This document shows, in pieces, positions 1 through 9,139 of a stretch of DNA of 18,227 nt. The position numbers and the translations under genes are program-made. Location of the stretch: UHGV virus genome UHGV-1376485; one strand, given 5' to 3'. A model generated the notes under the pieces. It was given only the letters and a program-made list of their open reading frames with translations. It was not told the origin of the DNA and ran no database searches. This DNA comes from a virus. Within the stretch, counting starts at the first letter, position 1. Each line of letters begins with the position of its first letter.

Positions 1-119
1 TTTGATACTTCACCCCACCCCCACCCAGAAACGAGAACAGAATTTGAGCACGTAGCGACAAAAATTTTAAGTGAAAGGTCAACAAAAATACATTTAAAAA
101 TATGTAATGGATTATTGAT
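1..119. repeat. Left terminal inverted repeat (ITR). It is 119 bp and perfectly complementary to 18109..18227, with degenerate similarity continuing to ~170 bp.
   Basis: The reverse complement of 18109..18227 equals 1..119 base for base. The match breaks at position 120 (a versus g). A C-rich tract CACCCCACCCCCACCC sits at 11..26 and the sequence begins with a terminal TTT. Confidence 0.95.
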
Positions 120-155
120 AAAAAGTTTTTAACATATTTAAACAATTCACAATTT

Positions 156-167
156 TTATGTTATAAT
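156..167 (+). promoter_or_regulatory. Extended -10 promoter (TATGtTATAAT, -16 TRTG motif) reading into the late/structural arm.
   Basis: tttTATGtTATAATatag, with TG at 159-160 and TATAAT at 162-167. The same TTATGnTATAATA module recurs at 7305-7317, 10980-10992 and on the minus strand at 13405-13416. No good -35 is present (ttaaac-like only). Confidence 0.55.
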
Positions 168-173
168 ATAGTC

Positions 174-197
174 AAGCAAAAATTTGCTTACATTTTT
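174..197 (+). other. Weak AU-rich hairpin (aagcaaa/tttgctt) followed by a T6 run, in the 5' leader upstream of the first late gene.
   Basis: Inverted repeat 174-180/183-189 followed by acaTTTTTT at 192-197. It lies immediately after the predicted transcription start of the 156-167 promoter and could be a 5' stabiliser or attenuator. Confidence 0.4.
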
Positions 198-219
198 TAA
201 AATAAAGAGGTGTAAATAA

Positions 220-543
220 ATGGCAGAAGAAGAAAAAATTATTAAAGAAGAACCAACGAATGAAGAAACAGAACAACCAGAAAAAATAGAAAGTGCAGAA
301 GATGTTGTCACTGAACCTGAAAAAGAAGTGACTGAAGAAAAATCAGAAGCTTTTGTACAATTAGAACAACGTGTCACTGCTTTAGAACAAAGATTAAATA
401 ATCAAGAAGCACAACCACAACCAACGCAAGAATCAAGCGACCCAAATTTTGAAGATAAAACAGTACCTACTGAAGTTGATGACAATCAAGAAACAGACGG
501 TATCGAATCAAGTGAAGAAATTAAGCAAATGTTAAATTTATAA
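220..543 (+). CDS. Highly acidic 107-aa protein with a central coiled-coil heptad segment. It is a putative scaffolding protein (phi29 gp7-like by position and composition) or an internal head protein.
   Basis: Strong RBS aagaggtg 8 nt upstream of the ATG. The protein is about one third D/E residues and contains FVQLEQRVTALEQRLNNQEAQ. It sits immediately upstream of the capsid gene, as the gene 7 scaffold does in phi29. Confidence 0.45.
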   Translation: MAEEEKIIKEEPTNEETEQPEKIESAEDVVTEPEKEVTEEKSEAFVQLEQRVTALEQRLNNQEAQPQPTQESSDPNFEDKTVPTEVDDNQETDGIESSEEIKQMLNL

Positions 544-556
544 GGAGTGATAAAAA

Positions 557-748
557 ATGGCAAACTTTGACGGAAATGAAATGCGTGGTATGACACATGC
601 CAATTATGAAGATTCACGTTTAAATAAATCAAGAGAATTAAACGCGAATATGAGTATTGCAACATCAAAGTCTGAAGATGAATACGGCAGACAAGTACAT
701 TCACTAACAAAACAAACTTATAGTGATGATTCAACACAAGAAGTATAG
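557..748 (+). CDS. Small hydrophilic 63-aa protein of unknown function, in the head-gene cluster.
   Basis: RBS aaggagtg precedes the ATG. The gene is tightly packed between neighbours with no overlap. Confidence 0.5.
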   Translation: MANFDGNEMRGMTHANYEDSRLNKSRELNANMSIATSKSEDEYGRQVHSLTKQTYSDDSTQEV

Positions 749-760
749 GAGGAGTAAATA

Positions 761-1978
761 ATGGCAGATAAAAAGACAGATATACCTACTTTAATTGCAG
801 ATTCAACAAAAGCGTCACTTCAAAGTTTTAACCATGATTATGGTAAACAATGGACGTTTGGTGAGAATTGGTCAAACGTCAATACAATGTTTGAAACATA
901 TGTAAATAAATACCTATTCCCTAAAATCAATGAAACATTACTCATTGATATTGCTTTAGGAAATCGTTTCAACTGGTTAGCAAAAGAACAGGACTTTATA
1001 GGACAATATTCTGAAGAATATGTCATTATGGATACAATTCCAATTGAAATGAATTTGTCAAAATCTGAAGAATTAATGTTAAAACGTAACTACCCACAAA
1101 TGGCAACACGTTTATATGGTAGTGGTATCGTTAAAAAACAAAAATTCACACTAAATAATAATGATGTACGTTTTAATTTCCAAACTTTAGGTGACGCTAC
1201 AAATTATGCTTTAGGTGTATTACGTAAAAAGATTTCTGATATTAATGTTCAAGAAGAAAAAGAAATACGTGCAATGATGGTAGATTATGCAATTAATCAA
1301 TTGCAAGATTCAAACCGTCGTACTGCTTCATCAAAAGAAGATTTAACAGAACGTGTATTTGAAGCAATTTTAAATATGCAAAATAATAGTGCAAAATACA
1401 ATGAAGTACACAAAGCGTCAGGTGGTTCAGTAGGTCAATATACTACTGTTTCAAAATTAAGTGATATTGCAATTTTAACTACTGATTCTTTAAAATCATA
1501 TTTACTTGATACAAAAATTGCGAACACATTCCAAATGGCAGGTATTGACTTCACAGACCATATCATTAGTTTTGATGATTTAGGTGGTGTATATAAAACA
1601 ACAAAAGATGTCACTTTAGCAAATGAAGATACAATCAATTATTTACGTGCCTTTGGTGATTATCAAGCGATGATTGGTGATGTAATCCCTACGGGTTCAG
1701 TATTTACATTTAATGTATCGGATTTGAAAGAATTTAAAGGAAACATTGAAGAAATCAAGCCACAAGGTGAATTGTTTGCGTTTATTTTTGATATTAATGC
1801 ACTTAAATATAAACGTAATACAAAAGGCATGTTAAAAGAACCATTTTACAATGGTGAATTTGATGAAGTAACACACTGGATTCATTATTACTCATTCAAA
1901 GCTATGTCACCATTCTTTAATAAAATCTTAATTACAGAAGCACCAAAGGAACAACCTGAAGCAGGTGCAACAGAATAA
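761..1978 (+). CDS. Major capsid (head) protein, 405 aa.
   Basis: RBS taggagga upstream of the ATG. It is the first large late ORF after the scaffold-like gene, and its size and position match the major head protein of phi29-like and 44AHJD-like phages. No motif-level confirmation was possible by eye. Confidence 0.7.
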   Translation: MADKKTDIPTLIADSTKASLQSFNHDYGKQWTFGENWSNVNTMFETYVNKYLFPKINETLLIDIALGNRFNWLAKEQDFIGQYSEEYVIMDTIPIEMNLSKSEELMLKRNYPQMATRLYGSGIVKKQKFTLNNNDVRFNFQTLGDATNYALGVLRKKISDINVQEEKEIRAMMVDYAINQLQDSNRRTASSKEDLTERVFEAILNMQNNSAKYNEVHKASGGSVGQYTTVSKLSDIAILTTDSLKSYLLDTKIANTFQMAGIDFTDHIISFDDLGGVYKTTKDVTLANEDTINYLRAFGDYQAMIGDVIPTGSVFTFNVSDLKEFKGNIEEIKPQGELFAFIFDINALKYKRNTKGMLKEPFYNGEFDEVTHWIHYYSFKAMSPFFNKILITEAPKEQPEAGATE

Positions 1979-1998
1979 TAAAGGAGGACTTTTAAACC

Positions 1999-3006
1999 AT
2001 GAGTTATTTAGATAACGATTACATCGGAAAAAATAAAGATGTTGGTTTAAAAGTTGAATTGACTGAAGATATTGACCGACGAATAATGGAACATAGGAAC
2101 CGTTTTCGTCGGTTAATTTTTAATCGTTACGTTGAATTTTTACCCCTACTTATCAATTATACAAATCAAAATTCAGTTGGAATTGACTTTTTACAACTTG
2201 AGATTGCTTTAAGACAAGGGTATCAAGTTGTGGTTGGTAAAGCTAGAAATGGTGTCATTATGATATTAGGTTATATCCAATCAATGTATTATAAAAATAG
2301 TAACGATTTTATAAATAACTTCAATTTAACTTTTAATAAGAGATTAACTCAAGATGACATCACATTTATTATTCCTGATTATTTAAGACCTGATTATGCT
2401 TTAGAAATTGAATATTATGATAACTGTCAAAGTGGTGACTTTATTGTATTAAGAAATAAACCCGTCAATTTAAATAATGATTATCAGATTATCGAACATT
2501 ATTGTGATGAATTAGCTGAAATTATATTATCTCGCTTTTCACTCATTATGCAATCTAAATTTAGTAAAATATTTTTATCAGATATTCAAGATGAAACGAT
2601 TAATCAATTTATCAATAAATTGTATAATGGTGCACCTTTTATTAAGACAGATAAATACATTGACCCTGAAGAAGATATCATTGACTTGGGAAGTGATTTT
2701 GTAACTACTGCTTTAGTTGAAATGAAACGAGAATATCAAAATAAAGTCAGTGAGTTAAGTAATTTCTTAGGTGTTAACTCACTTGCTGTTGATAAAGAAA
2801 GTGGTGTCAGTGATACGGAAGCTAAATCCAATCGTTCATTTACTACATCAAATAGTAATATTTATTTAAGAGGTAGAAACCCTTTTGAAATGTTAAATCG
2901 TCGTTTTAATTTAGATATTTACCCCTACTATGATGATGAAGCTATATCTGAAATGGATATTATGAATCTAAAGACTGATAATTTTGGTGGTGGAACAAGT
3001 GAGTAA
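1999..3006 (+). CDS. Putative head-tail connector / portal (upper collar) protein, 335 aa.
   Basis: RBS aaaggagga upstream of the ATG. Its size (phi29 gp10 is 309 aa) and its position between the capsid and lower-collar genes support the call, which rests on synteny only. Confidence 0.55.
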   Translation: MSYLDNDYIGKNKDVGLKVELTEDIDRRIMEHRNRFRRLIFNRYVEFLPLLINYTNQNSVGIDFLQLEIALRQGYQVVVGKARNGVIMILGYIQSMYYKNSNDFINNFNLTFNKRLTQDDITFIIPDYLRPDYALEIEYYDNCQSGDFIVLRNKPVNLNNDYQIIEHYCDELAEIILSRFSLIMQSKFSKIFLSDIQDETINQFINKLYNGAPFIKTDKYIDPEEDIIDLGSDFVTTALVEMKREYQNKVSELSNFLGVNSLAVDKESGVSDTEAKSNRSFTTSNSNIYLRGRNPFEMLNRRFNLDIYPYYDDEAISEMDIMNLKTDNFGGGTSE

Positions 3007-3835
3007 ACACACAACAACGTTATATGAAATCATAGAAAGTGAATTACAACGTTTAGGATTAAATGAATTTGTTAATAATGATAGAATACATTTTAATGAT
3101 TCAAAACATGCGTTTATGCAAAAAATGTTATATTTTGATGATGATGTGAAAGAAATTGTTGATAACATATTTTTTAAAGGTTTCATGTTTAATGATGAAC
3201 GTATTGACAGATATTTTAAAGAAAGTTTTACATTGCGTTTTTTATATCGTGAAATTGGTAGACAAACGGTTGAAGCCTTTGCAAGTCAAGTTTTATATAT
3301 CACCATGACACATGAAGATTACATTTATCGTGTTTATGGTTCAGATATGTATAAATATATTGAACAAGTCACAGATACACAATCACAAGACTTAGGTAAA
3401 GCGATTGAAAATGCAATCGAACAGGGTCAAACTAAAGACAGACAACAAGACAAAGGTCATGAAGAATATAAAGACTATGAAGATACAATCACAAAAAGTT
3501 TTGATGATAATCGTACTGCAGAATCTACCCTACCACAGTCAAAAGTTAATATTGATGTAGATAATACGGTGCTTGATTATGCAGACACAAACACGATTTC
3601 AAGAGATAAAAATACAAGTGAAACAGTATCAGAAAAAACAGGTACAAAAGATAATACGTTTGATTCATTAAGAAACGGTGAAAGTGATACAAAACGTAAT
3701 ACTGAGTCACAAAATGAAATGAATCGAACAGGATTAACAAAACAATACTTAATAGATAACTTACAAAAGTTATATTCAATGCGTGATACAATATTTAAAA
3801 CATATGATAAAGAATGTTTTTTACACATATGGTAG
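2984..3835 (+). CDS. Putative lower collar protein, ~278-283 aa.
   Basis: The listed start at 2984 is a TTG. The likelier start is the GTG at 2999, preceded by the SD-like ggtggtgga and overlapping the upstream stop by 8 nt (translational coupling). Size is close to phi29 gp11 (293 aa). The call rests on synteny. Confidence 0.5.
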   Translation: MVVEQVSKHTTTLYEIIESELQRLGLNEFVNNDRIHFNDSKHAFMQKMLYFDDDVKEIVDNIFFKGFMFNDERIDRYFKESFTLRFLYREIGRQTVEAFASQVLYITMTHEDYIYRVYGSDMYKYIEQVTDTQSQDLGKAIENAIEQGQTKDRQQDKGHEEYKDYEDTITKSFDDNRTAESTLPQSKVNIDVDNTVLDYADTNTISRDKNTSETVSEKTGTKDNTFDSLRNGESDTKRNTESQNEMNRTGLTKQYLIDNLQKLYSMRDTIFKTYDKECFLHIW

Positions 3836-3847
3836 GAGGATAAAAAT

Positions 3848-5677
3848 ATGTATATAAATAACGGTCGAATCAATTATAATAATGAATACGGGTATCGTCG
3901 TGGGATATATCGTGAACCATTTTACAGTGATAATGCAGATTATAATACCAATTCAAAATCATATTATGATTATTTAGCGCGATTTAATGGTTTTATTTTT
4001 GAATTATGTGATTTTGTAAATGGACTAGCAGATGATATACAAAAAATGAAAGAAACATACGACGCATTAACATTATCAAATACAGATGTGACTTATACAG
4101 TCGGACAAAAAGGTGATTTTGACACATTGAATCATTGTTTTGATTACATTGAAAATTTAATTGTTCAACCTAAATCAATACGTGTCATTTTACTTAAAGA
4201 TTATATGATGAGAGAACAATTATTTTTACGTGATAAGCGTTATAATCACATAACGATTACATCAGAAAATGACATTGTTGAAGCCTATGAAACAGAATTA
4301 AACAGACAAATAGAAATAAAAACAAATCCTATTTTTAGAGTAAAACCACTATTTTATGGTATAAATTCTACATTTCCTAAAATTGATTTTAAACTACAAA
4401 ATAAAGACTTTTCAGATACCATTAATTGTGGTTTCTTAATGGATAATACAACGTTTGAAATGACTGAACGTGGAGGTTCTACACACTTTAATTTTATTGG
4501 TTTATGTGGTGTCAATGGTTCACATATTCAAACCAACTATTGTGATTTTTCGTACAATGGCAATCGTGAACAATTAGAAGAATATAATAAAGACCAGAAT
4601 ATGTATGGTGACGGATTAAGAATTTTTAATTCATCATTAACAGGTAATTATATGACAGTCAATCGTTGTGGTGAAATTGGAATACACTTCTCACATGGTG
4701 CAAGTGGTTATATTGATTTTACCGAAGCAAGATTTAACGGACACCATGGTTTAATGGTGACAACTGGTTCACAAGCGAGTGCAAGAAACTGTAAAATAAC
4801 TGATACAATTGATGATAATGTTGTAAGTTATGCGTCAAGTGATATTGATTTAAGAAGTAGTGATTGTTCAAATTCACAAACAACATACGGTGTCATTGCA
4901 ACACGTTCATCAAACATTAACTTTGATAAAGGCATTGCTAATGGTTGTGGTGCAAGTGGTATTATGGCAAACAGGGGTTGTTCTATTGACGCCACAGGTG
5001 CGACTGCTTCACGTAATAAATGGCATGGTGTCATCGCAAGTAACAATTCAAAAGTTGATTTCACAAGTGGTAATGCAAATGAAAACGGACTTGACGGAAT
5101 CCAATGCACACATGGTTCAACTGTTCAAGCAAGATTATCGACAACGAATGGAAATAAACGTAATGGTGTGTTAGCTTATGCAGGTGACGTGTATTGTCAA
5201 GAAATTAATTGTGACTGTAACGGTCGTCGTGGATTAGAAGCCACACGTGGTGGTTATGTTGCAGGTTACGGTGCAAAAGTGTCACGTTCAAAAGATGATA
5301 ACGTATTGGCATATGGTTCAGTGATTTCAGTTAATGAAGCAGTCATTGAACGTGCAGGGCGTAACGGTATTGAAGCGACACGTGGTGGTCAAATATTTGC
5401 AGATAGAATCACAATAACAGGTAGTGGCGACTTTGGTATTTTAGCTTATGCGTCTAAAGTGTTTGCCGAAGCGTCAAATATTTCAGGTACTAAAAATGAA
5501 CCTGTTTATGCGACACGTGGTGGGGAAATAACATGCTTTGGTTCAAATATTTCTAGTAACAAAACCATTTATAACGTGTATAATGGTAGTAGGATATTCA
5601 CAGATAAAGACCATGGATATTCAACAAACATAGAACCTAATACAATGGATAGTAAAGGGTTCATTATTCTAGGGTAG
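3848..5677 (+). CDS. Tail fibre / appendage protein with a C-terminal parallel beta-helix (pectate-lyase-like). It is probably a receptor-binding and wall-polymer-degrading fibre, analogous to the phi29 gp12 appendage.
   Basis: RBS aggagga upstream of the ATG. The C-terminal half is G/N/S/T-rich with many short beta-rung repeats. A 45-46-aa periodic motif E-A-T-R-G-G occurs three times (nt 5237-5254, 5372-5389, 5510-5525). Confidence 0.7.
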   Translation: MYINNGRINYNNEYGYRRGIYREPFYSDNADYNTNSKSYYDYLARFNGFIFELCDFVNGLADDIQKMKETYDALTLSNTDVTYTVGQKGDFDTLNHCFDYIENLIVQPKSIRVILLKDYMMREQLFLRDKRYNHITITSENDIVEAYETELNRQIEIKTNPIFRVKPLFYGINSTFPKIDFKLQNKDFSDTINCGFLMDNTTFEMTERGGSTHFNFIGLCGVNGSHIQTNYCDFSYNGNREQLEEYNKDQNMYGDGLRIFNSSLTGNYMTVNRCGEIGIHFSHGASGYIDFTEARFNGHHGLMVTTGSQASARNCKITDTIDDNVVSYASSDIDLRSSDCSNSQTTYGVIATRSSNINFDKGIANGCGASGIMANRGCSIDATGATASRNKWHGVIASNNSKVDFTSGNANENGLDGIQCTHGSTVQARLSTTNGNKRNGVLAYAGDVYCQEINCDCNGRRGLEATRGGYVAGYGAKVSRSKDDNVLAYGSVISVNEAVIERAGRNGIEATRGGQIFADRITITGSGDFGILAYASKVFAEASNISGTKNEPVYATRGGEITCFGSNISSNKTIYNVYNGSRIFTDKDHGYSTNIEPNTMDSKGFIILG

Positions 5678-5697
5678 GACTTTCTACCCTTTAATTA
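5671..5697 (+). terminator. Hairpin overlapping the fibre-gene stop codon, followed by a T-rich stretch. It is a possible weak intrinsic terminator or attenuator.
   Basis: agggtag(gacttt)ctaccct, 7-bp stem at 5671-5677/5684-5690, followed by tttaattatatt. Confidence 0.35.
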
Positions 5698-5728
5698 TAT
5701 TAAAAATCACTATTTAGGAGGATATATA

Positions 5729-6487
5729 ATGGTAAAAATTACTAAAAATTTAAGTTACAACAATAATTATTACAGAGAACGTAATTCAAAACTTTATATT
5801 ACAATTCATGAAACAGCAAATCGAAGTGTGGGTGCAAATGCAAACGCTCATGCAAATTTCATAAATAATGGTTCACAAGAAACTTGGCATTATACCGTTG
5901 ATGATACACATGCAGTACAACACTTTTATCACACAACTTCATGTTGGCATGCGGCAACATATAAAGGTAATACACAATCCATTGGTATTGAAATGTGTGT
6001 CAACCGTGACGGAAATTATTTAAAAACATTACAAAATACAATTGAATTAGTTAAAAAAATTATGAAACAAGAAAATATTCCTGCAAGTCGTGTTGTTCAA
6101 CATCATTTTTGGAGTGGTAAAAACTGTCCTACTCTATTACGTGAAGGTACACATGGTATGACATGGAATGATTTTATTTTAAACATTAAAGGTCAATCAA
6201 CACGTAAAAAACCTAAAGGTTGGAGTGAAAATCGTTATGGAACTTACTATAAAAAAGTTGATAAAACATTTATTGTAGGTTCAGAAAAAATTGAAACACG
6301 AATTGGTTCACCTTTCTTATCTGCACCAAGTGGAGGACACGTACAACCGAAACAAAAAATGACCTTTGACTATTTAGCACAACAAGATGGTTATGAATGG
6401 GGACAACTTGAAAATAATAGAGGACAACAAGAATTTGTACCAATTAGACCATTAAGTCAAAAAGAATATTGGGGTATTTTAAAATAG
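5729..6487 (+). CDS. Endolysin: N-acetylmuramoyl-L-alanine amidase (Amidase_2/PGRP zinc amidase) fused to a C-terminal SH3b (SH3_5) cell-wall-binding domain.
   Basis: RBS taggagga upstream of the ATG. The N-terminal domain carries the HETANRS, WHYTVDD, IGIEMC and HHFWSGKNCP motifs, which match the T7-lysozyme/PGRP zinc ligands. The C-terminal GWSENRYGTYYKK...PFLSAPSGG...QQDGYEWGQL...YWGILK aligns closely with the lysostaphin SH3b targeting domain. Confidence 0.93.
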   Translation: MVKITKNLSYNNNYYRERNSKLYITIHETANRSVGANANAHANFINNGSQETWHYTVDDTHAVQHFYHTTSCWHAATYKGNTQSIGIEMCVNRDGNYLKTLQNTIELVKKIMKQENIPASRVVQHHFWSGKNCPTLLREGTHGMTWNDFILNIKGQSTRKKPKGWSENRYGTYYKKVDKTFIVGSEKIETRIGSPFLSAPSGGHVQPKQKMTFDYLAQQDGYEWGQLENNRGQQEFVPIRPLSQKEYWGILK

Positions 6488-6499
6488 GAGGATAAAACT

Positions 6500-7303
6500 A
6501 TGGCAAGTAAATTTGTAAGAAGTGTCAAAGATATTTACAATCTACAAAAATTTAATACAAATCTTCTTGACGAAAATGACATATGTTCAACCGTTGACGG
6601 TGATGTTTATATTTACACTAAAAACGGATTTCTTCATTTAGAAAGTATCGAACCACTACAAGATGAAATGCAAGAAGTACAAGAAAAATTATCAGACAAT
6701 GAAAAACGTATTTATGATAATGAAGAAAAAATCAAAGTCATTGAGACATCAGTCGAAGATAACAAATTAAAAGTGAATGAAATTACTGAAAAGGTTAATC
6801 GTTATAACTTAGAAGAAATGAAACAAAAACTTGATTCAATTAATATCGACGAATTGAAACAAGAACAAAAAACGTTAAACGAAAAGATAGACGAAAAGAT
6901 AAAAGAAACAAATCAAAAAATTCAATCGAATACGGAAAAAATCAATGGTATTACTATTGATGATACAGGTTGGAAAAATATCACAATCACAGGTAGTGGC
7001 TTAGTACCACATACCGACCCACCACAATATCGCATTACAAATGTAAAAGGGATTAAAACAGTTGCTTTACGTGGTGCAGTAAAAGGGTATAAAGGTGATT
7101 CTATAACAATAGGTAAAATACCTATCAATGGTGAGTTCACAAATCCACATTACTATGTTCAAAATACAAGTAAAAAATCAGGTTCAATTTACTACACAAG
7201 AATTACAATTATGCGTGCAGGTGATGTTGTTATTGAGGGAACAACCTACCCTAGTCCAACAGGCAATGAGTGGTGTCCAATTAATACCGTATTTATGGAT
7301 TAA
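6500..7303 (+). CDS. Fibre-like protein with a trimeric coiled-coil N-terminal half and a beta-rich C-terminal globular domain. It is a probable head fibre or secondary receptor-binding protein.
   Basis: RBS taggagga upstream of the ATG. Residues ~50-145 are heptad-rich and charged (EKLSDNEKRIYDNEEKIKVIE...). The C-terminus (ITIDDTGWKNITITGSGLV...) looks like a binding domain. Confidence 0.55.
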   Translation: MASKFVRSVKDIYNLQKFNTNLLDENDICSTVDGDVYIYTKNGFLHLESIEPLQDEMQEVQEKLSDNEKRIYDNEEKIKVIETSVEDNKLKVNEITEKVNRYNLEEMKQKLDSINIDELKQEQKTLNEKIDEKIKETNQKIQSNTEKINGITIDDTGWKNITITGSGLVPHTDPPQYRITNVKGIKTVALRGAVKGYKGDSITIGKIPINGEFTNPHYYVQNTSKKSGSIYYTRITIMRAGDVVIEGTTYPSPTGNEWCPINTVFMD

Positions 7304-7304
7304 A

Positions 7305-7344
7305 TTATGATATAATAGACACGTGAAAGCGTGTCTATTTTTAC
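7305..7344 (+). promoter_or_regulatory. Overlapping terminator/promoter module. An extended -10 promoter (TTATGaTATAAT, 7305-7316) is immediately followed by an intrinsic terminator hairpin (agacacg-tgaaag-cgtgtct, 7317-7336) and a T5 run (7339-7343).
   Basis: Seen directly in the sequence. The predicted transcription start (~7323) falls inside the 5' arm of the hairpin. The hairpin can therefore terminate read-through from upstream without terminating transcripts started here. RBS aaggagg at 7349-7355 precedes the tail-knob ATG. Confidence 0.6.
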
Positions 7345-7362
7345 ATATAAGGAGGTTATTTT

Positions 7363-9129
7363 ATGGCAGATAGAAAACTGACACATTTTAAATTTTTCTA
7401 TAATACACCACTGACAGATTATCAAAACACAATTCACTTTTCATCAAACAATGAACGTGACAACTATTTTTTAAATGAAAATCATTTTAATGCGATTGAT
7501 TATAAAAATATTCCTTTTAATTTTATACGTGATAGAAACATGGTGAATCTTGAACAAATGTCATGGCAAGACGCACAGGGGATTAATTACTGTACGTTTA
7601 AATCTGATTTTGAAAATAGACGTTATTATGCGTTTGTGAATCAAATTGAGTATGTCAACGACCATGTGACACGAATGTATTTAGTCATTGATACAGTGAT
7701 GACTTACACACAGGGTAATGTATTATCTCAAGTACAAAATGCTTTTGTTGAACGTCAACACCTGCCACGTGAGGTCTATAATTATTTGTTACCGTCACTG
7801 AGAAATAATGATGATGTTATTAAAGCAAGTAACAAATACTATTTAAATAATTATCTTGAACAGTTTGGTGGTAATCTTGTTTTATTCCAATCAAGTGCTG
7901 ATTTATCTAAAAAGTTTGGGACTAAAAAAGAACCTAACCTCGAATCTTCAAAAGGGATTACGTATGATTACATTACAAGTCCAGTGAATCTGTATGTGAT
8001 GAATCGTAAAGACTTTAACGAATTTATGGATAAAATGAGTAAATATCCATGGATTACGCAAAACTTTCAAAAAATTATTTTAATACCTGCTACATTTATT
8101 AATATTGATGATTTAGAATCAGTAAAAACGCAAGAAGATATTAAAGGATTAATGACACTTAAAAATGAAAAGTTATCGAATGAATGGGAATTAAAAGAAT
8201 TACGTGTACCTTTTGAAAGATTACAATATATGATTAATGCTAATCAAGATGAATTAAAACATCTTGTAAGAAATGAATATTTAACAATTGAAATTTATTC
8301 ATGGAATGGTGACAGTTTATTACTTGACGCAGGAAAAATAACAGAAAAAACAGGGGTTAAGTTAAGAACAAAATCTATTATTGGTTATCATAATGAGGTA
8401 CGTATTTATCCCGTTGACTATAATAGCGCACCCAATGAAAAACCAATACAAGCAAGTGATAATTCAATATTGATTGATACAGGTTCATTTTTAAATACGG
8501 CTATCACGTTTGATAGTTTTGCAGAAGTACCTATTTTAATTGATAATGGATTACTTGCACAATCTCAACAAGCTAATAAACAAAAAAATGCACAAAGTAA
8601 TTTAATATCTAATAGAATCAATAATGTTGTTAATGGTAATGATTTAAAATCAAGATTTTATGACGCCGTAAGCATTGGGTCTAATCTTTCACCAACGGCA
8701 TTATTTTCAAAATTTAATGATGAATATAATTACTATAAAGAATTACGTGCAGAATATAAAGACTTAGCATTACAACCCCCTACTGTGACAAGTTCACAAA
8801 TGGGAAATGCGTTCCAAATCGCAAATAGTATTAATGGATTAACCATGAAAATCGGTGTACCCGCGCCCTTCGACATGGATAATATTAAACGTTATTATTT
8901 CATGTTAGGTTTTGAAACGAACGACCAAGCAGGAACACCATTCCCAATTGATTCATGGACGGTATGCAATTATTTAAGAATGAGAGGTACATATACTATT
9001 GACGGTATCGACCCTATGCTTTTAGAACAGTTAAAAGTATTACTTGAAACAGGTGTAAGATTTTGGCATAACGACGGAACTAACAATCCAATGGCACAAA
9101 ATGTATTTAAAAATAAATTTAGAAAGTAG
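7363..9129 (+). CDS. Tail knob (distal tail tube) protein, 588 aa, homologous to phi29 gp9.
   Basis: N-terminal similarity to phi29 gp9 is recognisable by eye: DYQNTIHFSS..NYF versus phi29 DYKNTRWFTSS..NWF, and RRYYAFVNQIEYVNDHVTRMYLVIDTVMTYTQ versus phi29 [31 protein letters not shown]. Size is also close (588 versus 599 aa). Confidence 0.85.
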   Translation: MADRKLTHFKFFYNTPLTDYQNTIHFSSNNERDNYFLNENHFNAIDYKNIPFNFIRDRNMVNLEQMSWQDAQGINYCTFKSDFENRRYYAFVNQIEYVNDHVTRMYLVIDTVMTYTQGNVLSQVQNAFVERQHLPREVYNYLLPSLRNNDDVIKASNKYYLNNYLEQFGGNLVLFQSSADLSKKFGTKKEPNLESSKGITYDYITSPVNLYVMNRKDFNEFMDKMSKYPWITQNFQKIILIPATFINIDDLESVKTQEDIKGLMTLKNEKLSNEWELKELRVPFERLQYMINANQDELKHLVRNEYLTIEIYSWNGDSLLLDAGKITEKTGVKLRTKSIIGYHNEVRIYPVDYNSAPNEKPIQASDNSILIDTGSFLNTAITFDSFAEVPILIDNGLLAQSQQANKQKNAQSNLISNRINNVVNGNDLKSRFYDAVSIGSNLSPTALFSKFNDEYNYYKELRAEYKDLALQPPTVTSSQMGNAFQIANSINGLTMKIGVPAPFDMDNIKRYYFMLGFETNDQAGTPFPIDSWTVCNYLRMRGTYTIDGIDPMLLEQLKVLLETGVRFWHNDGTNNPMAQNVFKNKFRK

Positions 9130-9139
9130 GTTTAAAAAA

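Noticed and set aside
1-119. Inverted ends as an assembly or circularisation artefact, or as insertion-sequence terminal inverted repeats of a transposon
   Set aside because: There is no transposase or integrase. The gene content is a complete protein-primed phage, and such phages need ITRs for replication. The repeats are inverted, not direct, so they are not a circular-overlap artefact.
6060-6487. Possible holin gene embedded out of frame in the 3' half of the endolysin gene (an arrangement described for some staphylococcal phages)
   Set aside because: Both alternative + frames across 6060-6487 were translated by hand. They are interrupted by stops every 10-30 codons. The only hydrophobic stretch (frame 3, 6066-6161, ~31 codons) has no ATG and is too short for a holin. 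An embedded holin here is therefore not supported. The 3-TM ORF at 9140..9562 is the better holin candidate.
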